From an uncultured Cellulophaga sp. (lineage in GTDB: Bacteria; Bacteroidota; Bacteroidia; Flavobacteriales; Flavobacteriaceae): a stretch of 64,000 nucleotides of DNA. Position 1 is the first letter of the stretch. Each line of letters opens with the position of its first letter. The stretch lies in assembly GCA_947496695.1 (NCBI GenBank), contig CANMEI010000003.1, forward strand, positions 220,109 through 284,108, written 5' to 3'. Under the pieces are notes generated by a model that ran no database searches, had not been told where the DNA came from, and saw only the letters and a list, made by a program, of their open reading frames with translations. This document shows positions 60,273 to 64,000 of the stretch, in pieces. The translations under genes and the position numbers were made by a program.

Positions 60273-60453
60273 TTAAGTTGTTTTAAATTGACTTAGAAGG
60301 TCAACTATATTTTTATAAAATGTTAATTACTTCTGCTTAAGTTTTTAAACACAAGTAATTAACTAACCCTAATATGTTTTATTTTAGTCTACATATATAA
60401 AAAATATGTGTACAGGTATACATATTCGTAAGTTGGCAATAATTTAAAATAAT

Positions 60454-60900
60454 ATGCTAAAAAATAAAAACCTCATTTTTGGAATATTTTTATCTCTGAT
60501 TTTACTCACAAGTTGTATATCTAAAAAAAAGGATAACTCTGAACCGAAAATTATTCAAGTAAAATCTGAGATAGACGTTTCTAAAGAAAATAACATAAAT
60601 TACAAATCGAAATTTGCTGGAGGCTATACTATTGAAGTAGAAGGAGTTTCCTCCGCTCAAGAAGTAGAGTTGTATGCTTTGAATGAAAATGGTGGAGCCA
60701 TATGGATGTGGATAGAAAATGATGGAAATGATGGTGCAATTATAGAAGATGAAAAATCTGGAACTTGGAGCGCGACTGAAAATAGCATTACAATTGATAT
60801 TAGAGGAAATTCTGGAATGATTAGCGAAACCTATAAGTTGAAAGGTAATTTACTTACTAATACTCAATTGACTAAACGATATTTGAAAAAAACGGAATAA
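60454..60900 (+). CDS. Small lipoprotein of unknown function
   Basis: 148 aa with lipobox LILLTSC. The GTW...I.I pattern (SGTWSATENSITIDI) suggests a lipocalin-like fold. Confidence 0.55.
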   Translation: MLKNKNLIFGIFLSLILLTSCISKKKDNSEPKIIQVKSEIDVSKENNINYKSKFAGGYTIEVEGVSSAQEVELYALNENGGAIWMWIENDGNDGAIIEDEKSGTWSATENSITIDIRGNSGMISETYKLKGNLLTNTQLTKRYLKKTE

Positions 60901-61077
60901 ATAACGTGTGGTAACAAATTATATAAACACTTAGGTTACAATGCTAAAGAACTCCGAGATAATCTTTTATAATGTTAGCAAAGTGAGTAATATTTAAAAG
61001 AAAAAACACCCTAATAGTTATGCCAATTTCCTTAAGAGAAGCAATATCTTTGCGAAATAAGATATAAGAGGAAAAAA

Positions 61078-62553
61078 ATGAATTTAACAATCGAAAACAT
61101 ACTATTAGTTGGCTCCTTATTACTTCTTGTAAGTATTCTAGCAGGTAAAACTTCCTATAAATTTGGTGTTCCTACCTTATTACTTTTCTTAGCTATTGGA
61201 ATGTTAGCTGGTTCTGATGGTATTGGTGGCATCCGTTTTGACGACCCAAAACTTGCACAATTCATTGGTGTTGTTTCACTTAACTTTATTTTATTTTCAG
61301 GTGGTCTTGGCACCAATTGGGCCGCCGTTAAACCCATTCTTAAAGAAGGAATTGTATTATCAACATTAGGCGTTTTATTAACTGCAATTGCTCTTGGTAC
61401 TTTTGTTTGGTTTATTACAGACTTTACTATTTATGAGAGTTTACTTTTAGGCTCAATTGTATCTTCAACAGATGCTGCGGCTGTTTTTTCTATTCTACGT
61501 TCAAAAAGCTTAGCTCTAAAAACTAATTTAAGGCCCACTTTAGAATTAGAGAGCGGAAGTAATGATCCAATGGCATATGTACTAACCATTGCATTTTTAA
61601 CCTTAGTAATTAATCAAGACCAAAGTTTTACTTCCATAATTCCCATGTTTTTACAACAAATGATTTTCGGAGGTATAGCTGGTATTGTCTTCGGAATATC
61701 TAGTAAATATATCATCAATAAAATAAAACTTGACTTTGAAGGCCTTTACCCTGTATTGGTTATCTCATTGATGTTTATAACATTTTCAGCTACAGATTTT
61801 GTTGGTGGTAACGGTTTTCTAGCCATTTACATTTGTTCAGTTTATTTAGGCAATCAAGACCTAATACATAAAAAAACCATTTTAAAAATGTTTGATGGTT
61901 TAGCATGGCTAATGCAGATTATTTTATTCCTTACATTAGGCCTACTTGTCTTTCCTTCTGATATTATACCATATATGGGTATTGGATTACTTATTTCAGT
62001 ATTCTTAATACTTGTTGCAAGACCTATTAGCGTATTTATTAGTCTAATGTTTTTTAAAATGAAAATGAAAAGAAGGTTTTATATTTCTTGGGTTGGGTTA
62101 CGCGGTGCTGTTCCTATTGTATTTGCTACTTATCCACTTTTAGCAGGAATAGACAAAGCGCATATGATTTTTAATATTGTATTTTTCATATCTGTAACAT
62201 CAATATTAATTCAAGGAACTACACTTTCTCTCGTTGCAAAATGGTTAAATGTGGCATTACCACAACAAGCAAAGAAATTAACTGCTACAGATTTACTATT
62301 ATCAGAAAATCCTAAAGCTGAAATGAAAGAAATTTTAATAACTCCAGATTGCTTTGCTGTGGATAAGAAAATTGTAGAATTAGGATTTCCTAAAAATGCA
62401 ATAATTGCAATGATTATAAGGGATAATAATTATATAACACCAAACGGAGCAACAAAAATTCATGCTCAGGATACTTTAATAGTTCTCGCAGACAGATATA
62501 ATATTTTTGAAGAAGTATATAAAACTCTTAAAATAGAGAAAACAGCACAATAG
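61078..62553 (+). CDS. Potassium/proton antiporter, CPA1 family (NhaP2/CvrA-like) with C-terminal TrkA-C domain
   Basis: 491 aa with ~12 TM segments, an ESGSNDP motif, and a C-terminal soluble RCK-C-like domain (VELGFPKNAIIAMIIRDNNYITPNGATKIHAQDTLIVL). Confidence 0.88.
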   Translation: MNLTIENILLVGSLLLLVSILAGKTSYKFGVPTLLLFLAIGMLAGSDGIGGIRFDDPKLAQFIGVVSLNFILFSGGLGTNWAAVKPILKEGIVLSTLGVLLTAIALGTFVWFITDFTIYESLLLGSIVSSTDAAAVFSILRSKSLALKTNLRPTLELESGSNDPMAYVLTIAFLTLVINQDQSFTSIIPMFLQQMIFGGIAGIVFGISSKYIINKIKLDFEGLYPVLVISLMFITFSATDFVGGNGFLAIYICSVYLGNQDLIHKKTILKMFDGLAWLMQIILFLTLGLLVFPSDIIPYMGIGLLISVFLILVARPISVFISLMFFKMKMKRRFYISWVGLRGAVPIVFATYPLLAGIDKAHMIFNIVFFISVTSILIQGTTLSLVAKWLNVALPQQAKKLTATDLLLSENPKAEMKEILITPDCFAVDKKIVELGFPKNAIIAMIIRDNNYITPNGATKIHAQDTLIVLADRYNIFEEVYKTLKIEKTAQ

Positions 62554-62712
62554 TAGCAAATTATAAAAAGTAGTTACTAAAAATATAAACTTCCAAACCG
62601 AATTAATAGACAAGAAGCATAAGCTAAATAGTATAGTTATTTTTTAAAATTACTTTTCGACTTTTATTTAGTAAATTAGTTACTTCGTAAATAATTTACC
62701 AAAAATTAAGAA

Positions 62713-63825
62713 ATGAATAAAAAAACAATTAAATCAACATCACTATTCTCATTTTTAACTATTTTAACTATACTTAGCAGTTGCAATAACAAATCAAAAA
62801 AAGTTGATGTATCCACTAAATCAAACACACATACAGAAGAAGCTAAAAAAACAGTTTATGCAAGTGATGTTATTCCCTTTTTTGATCATTGGAAATTAAT
62901 TTTAGGAGATGGCTCAAATGCTGGTTTTGCAAATAACTTTGAAAACACTGACTTTTTTTATACTACAAATGATGGTAAAAACGATTGGGTAGTTTTTAAA
63001 GCCCCAAATGCTGGTGACACACATGGTACATCAAACAATACAAGAACTGAGTTGGCACAAGCTAAAAAATGGTATCCGAAAACTGCGGATGATCAATTAA
63101 CAGCGACACTTAAAGTAATGAATGTATCAGCTACTGGTGATGCACGAGTTGCTGCTTCACATGCAGTGGTTGTTGGTCAAATACATAGTGCTGATGCTCA
63201 TGAGAATGAGCCACTTAAAATATTCTATAAAAAATTTCCTGGTCATACCAAAGGTTCTGTTTTTTGGCATTATGAAATTAATACTGCTGGTGATGATAAC
63301 TCAAAAAGATGGGATTTTTCTACGGCCGTTTGGGGTAATGATTTTTCTGTTGTCGGTAGCACTGAAAACACATACCCTGAAGAACCAAAAGATGGCATTG
63401 CTTTAGGCGAAGAGTTTAGCTATAAAGTTGAAGTTAAAAACGGAATTATGAATTTAAGCTTTACTAGTGAAGGGCATGAAACTAAAACTTTTACTAAAAA
63501 TTTAATTCAATCAGAATATACTGCAACTACCAATATTCCTAAACAAACTCAAGCTTTATTTGCACCTATTGGTCAAGATGGTATAGAACGCGAAAGTGCA
63601 TATACTGGTGAAGGTTGTTTTTTTAAGTTTGGTGCATACAATCAGACTAATGGAAAATCTCCTGAAATAAATAAAAATTGGTGTTCTGGTGCTGAAACAC
63701 ATGGTGGTGATATTCAAAAACAATATGAAGATGGTAACTATGCTGAAGTTTGGTTTAAAACAGCTAGTATAAAAGTAAGTGGTGCTTCAGTTTCTAACGA
63801 AGGTTATTTTATTAAAAATGATTAA
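62713..63825 (+). CDS. Polysaccharide lyase family 7 (alginate lyase-like) lipoprotein
   Basis: 370 aa with lipobox ILSSC. The three PL7 signature blocks are present in order: RTELAQ (R-[ST]-E-L-R-E type), QIH, and FFKFGAYNQ (YFKAG.Y.Q type). Confidence 0.8.
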   Translation: MNKKTIKSTSLFSFLTILTILSSCNNKSKKVDVSTKSNTHTEEAKKTVYASDVIPFFDHWKLILGDGSNAGFANNFENTDFFYTTNDGKNDWVVFKAPNAGDTHGTSNNTRTELAQAKKWYPKTADDQLTATLKVMNVSATGDARVAASHAVVVGQIHSADAHENEPLKIFYKKFPGHTKGSVFWHYEINTAGDDNSKRWDFSTAVWGNDFSVVGSTENTYPEEPKDGIALGEEFSYKVEVKNGIMNLSFTSEGHETKTFTKNLIQSEYTATTNIPKQTQALFAPIGQDGIERESAYTGEGCFFKFGAYNQTNGKSPEINKNWCSGAETHGGDIQKQYEDGNYAEVWFKTASIKVSGASVSNEGYFIKND

Positions 63826-63829
63826 ATTA

Positions 63830-64000
63830 TCATACAAAACACTCTTCACACTCACCTTGAAGTAATATTTGCGATACATTTACTTTACGATTCGGAATAT
63901 TAGGTATAGGAACGTTCACTGTTAAACAATCAACCTTTCCACAATTAAGGCATTGAAAGTGCGGGTGTACATCATGGTGCTCACCTGATGTACACCCATT
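63830..64000 (-). CDS. Fur-family metalloregulator, C-terminal fragment (gene continues beyond the window end)
   Basis: My reverse-strand translation is ...NGCTSGEHHDVHPHFQCLNCGKVDCLTVNVPIPNIPNRKVNVSQILLQGECEECFV*. It has an H-x-H...CxxC...CxxC layout typical of the Fur/Zur dimerisation domain. Confidence 0.65.
   Translation of the reverse strand, partial: NGCTSGEHHDVHPHFQCLNCGKVDCLTVNVPIPNIPNRKVNVSQILLQGECEECFV

Noticed and set aside
56060-60900. Possible genomic island or mobile element between mpl and the K+/H+ antiporter
   Set aside because: No integrase, transposase, tRNA attachment site, flanking direct repeats or obvious compositional shift is visible. The block is called only accessory-looking, not mobile.
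60901-61077. Possible riboswitch (e.g. a c-di-AMP/ydaO type) or promoter upstream of the K+/H+ antiporter
   Set aside because: There is a TATCTTTG -7-like box at 61045-61052 but no properly spaced TTG -33 element. No conserved riboswitch-like helices could be recognised by eye, so the evidence is insufficient.
63122-63406. 94-aa alternate-frame + strand ORF inside the PL7 gene, and other internal ORFs in SusC/SusD, the lipoprotein and other genes (38705-38902, 40487-40702, 41982-42206, 43063-43269, 43560-43772, 43914-44105, 46357-46584, 46883-47080, 47402-47584, 48158-48346, 49389-49646, 52398-52646, 55710-55928, 58090-58278, 59240-59446, 61155-61337)
   Set aside because: All are nested in longer ORFs with clear family signatures or export signals. 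They have low-complexity translations and no independent evidence.

Overview
AT-rich chromosomal segment with the gene content and order of a Flavobacteriia (Bacteroidota) genome, probably a marine Flavobacteriaceae. The centre (20.8-38.0 kb, minus strand) is the complete str/S10/spc/alpha ribosomal-protein supercluster, rpsL-rpsG-fusA-rpsJ-rplC ... secY-infA-rpmJ-rpsM-rpsK-rpsD-rpoA-rplQ. It includes two short genes missing from the ORF track, rpmJ and rpmD. Upstream housekeeping genes are folD, ffh, argS, gltA, a GT5 glycogen-synthase-like gene, eno and carA. Downstream ones are rlmB, a rhomboid protease, rarA, radC and mpl. Accessory-looking parts are: (i) an ECF sigma / FecR / TonB-dependent transducer module with a divergent acidic lipoprotein; (ii) a SusC/SusD pair plus a lipoprotein, with no CAZymes, divergent from rpsL; (iii) a translationally coupled trio of exported or outer-membrane proteins; (iv) a secreted 11-mer-repeat Lys-rich protein next to a small acidic lipoprotein; (v) a 56.2-60.9 kb block holding an ORF frameshifted in an A9 run, a Cys-rich lipoprotein, a PEBP/YbhB lipoprotein and an SHD1-like/YHYH protein; (vi) an orphan PL7 alginate-lyase-like lipoprotein. 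I found no tRNA or rRNA genes, CRISPR arrays, transposases, integrases or recognisable defence genes. Several intrinsic terminators, two consensus Bacteroidota-type promoters and structured intergenic RNAs inside the ribosomal cluster can be read directly from the sequence. All functional calls come from motif and family recognition by eye, with no database search, so the novelty claims are hypotheses.
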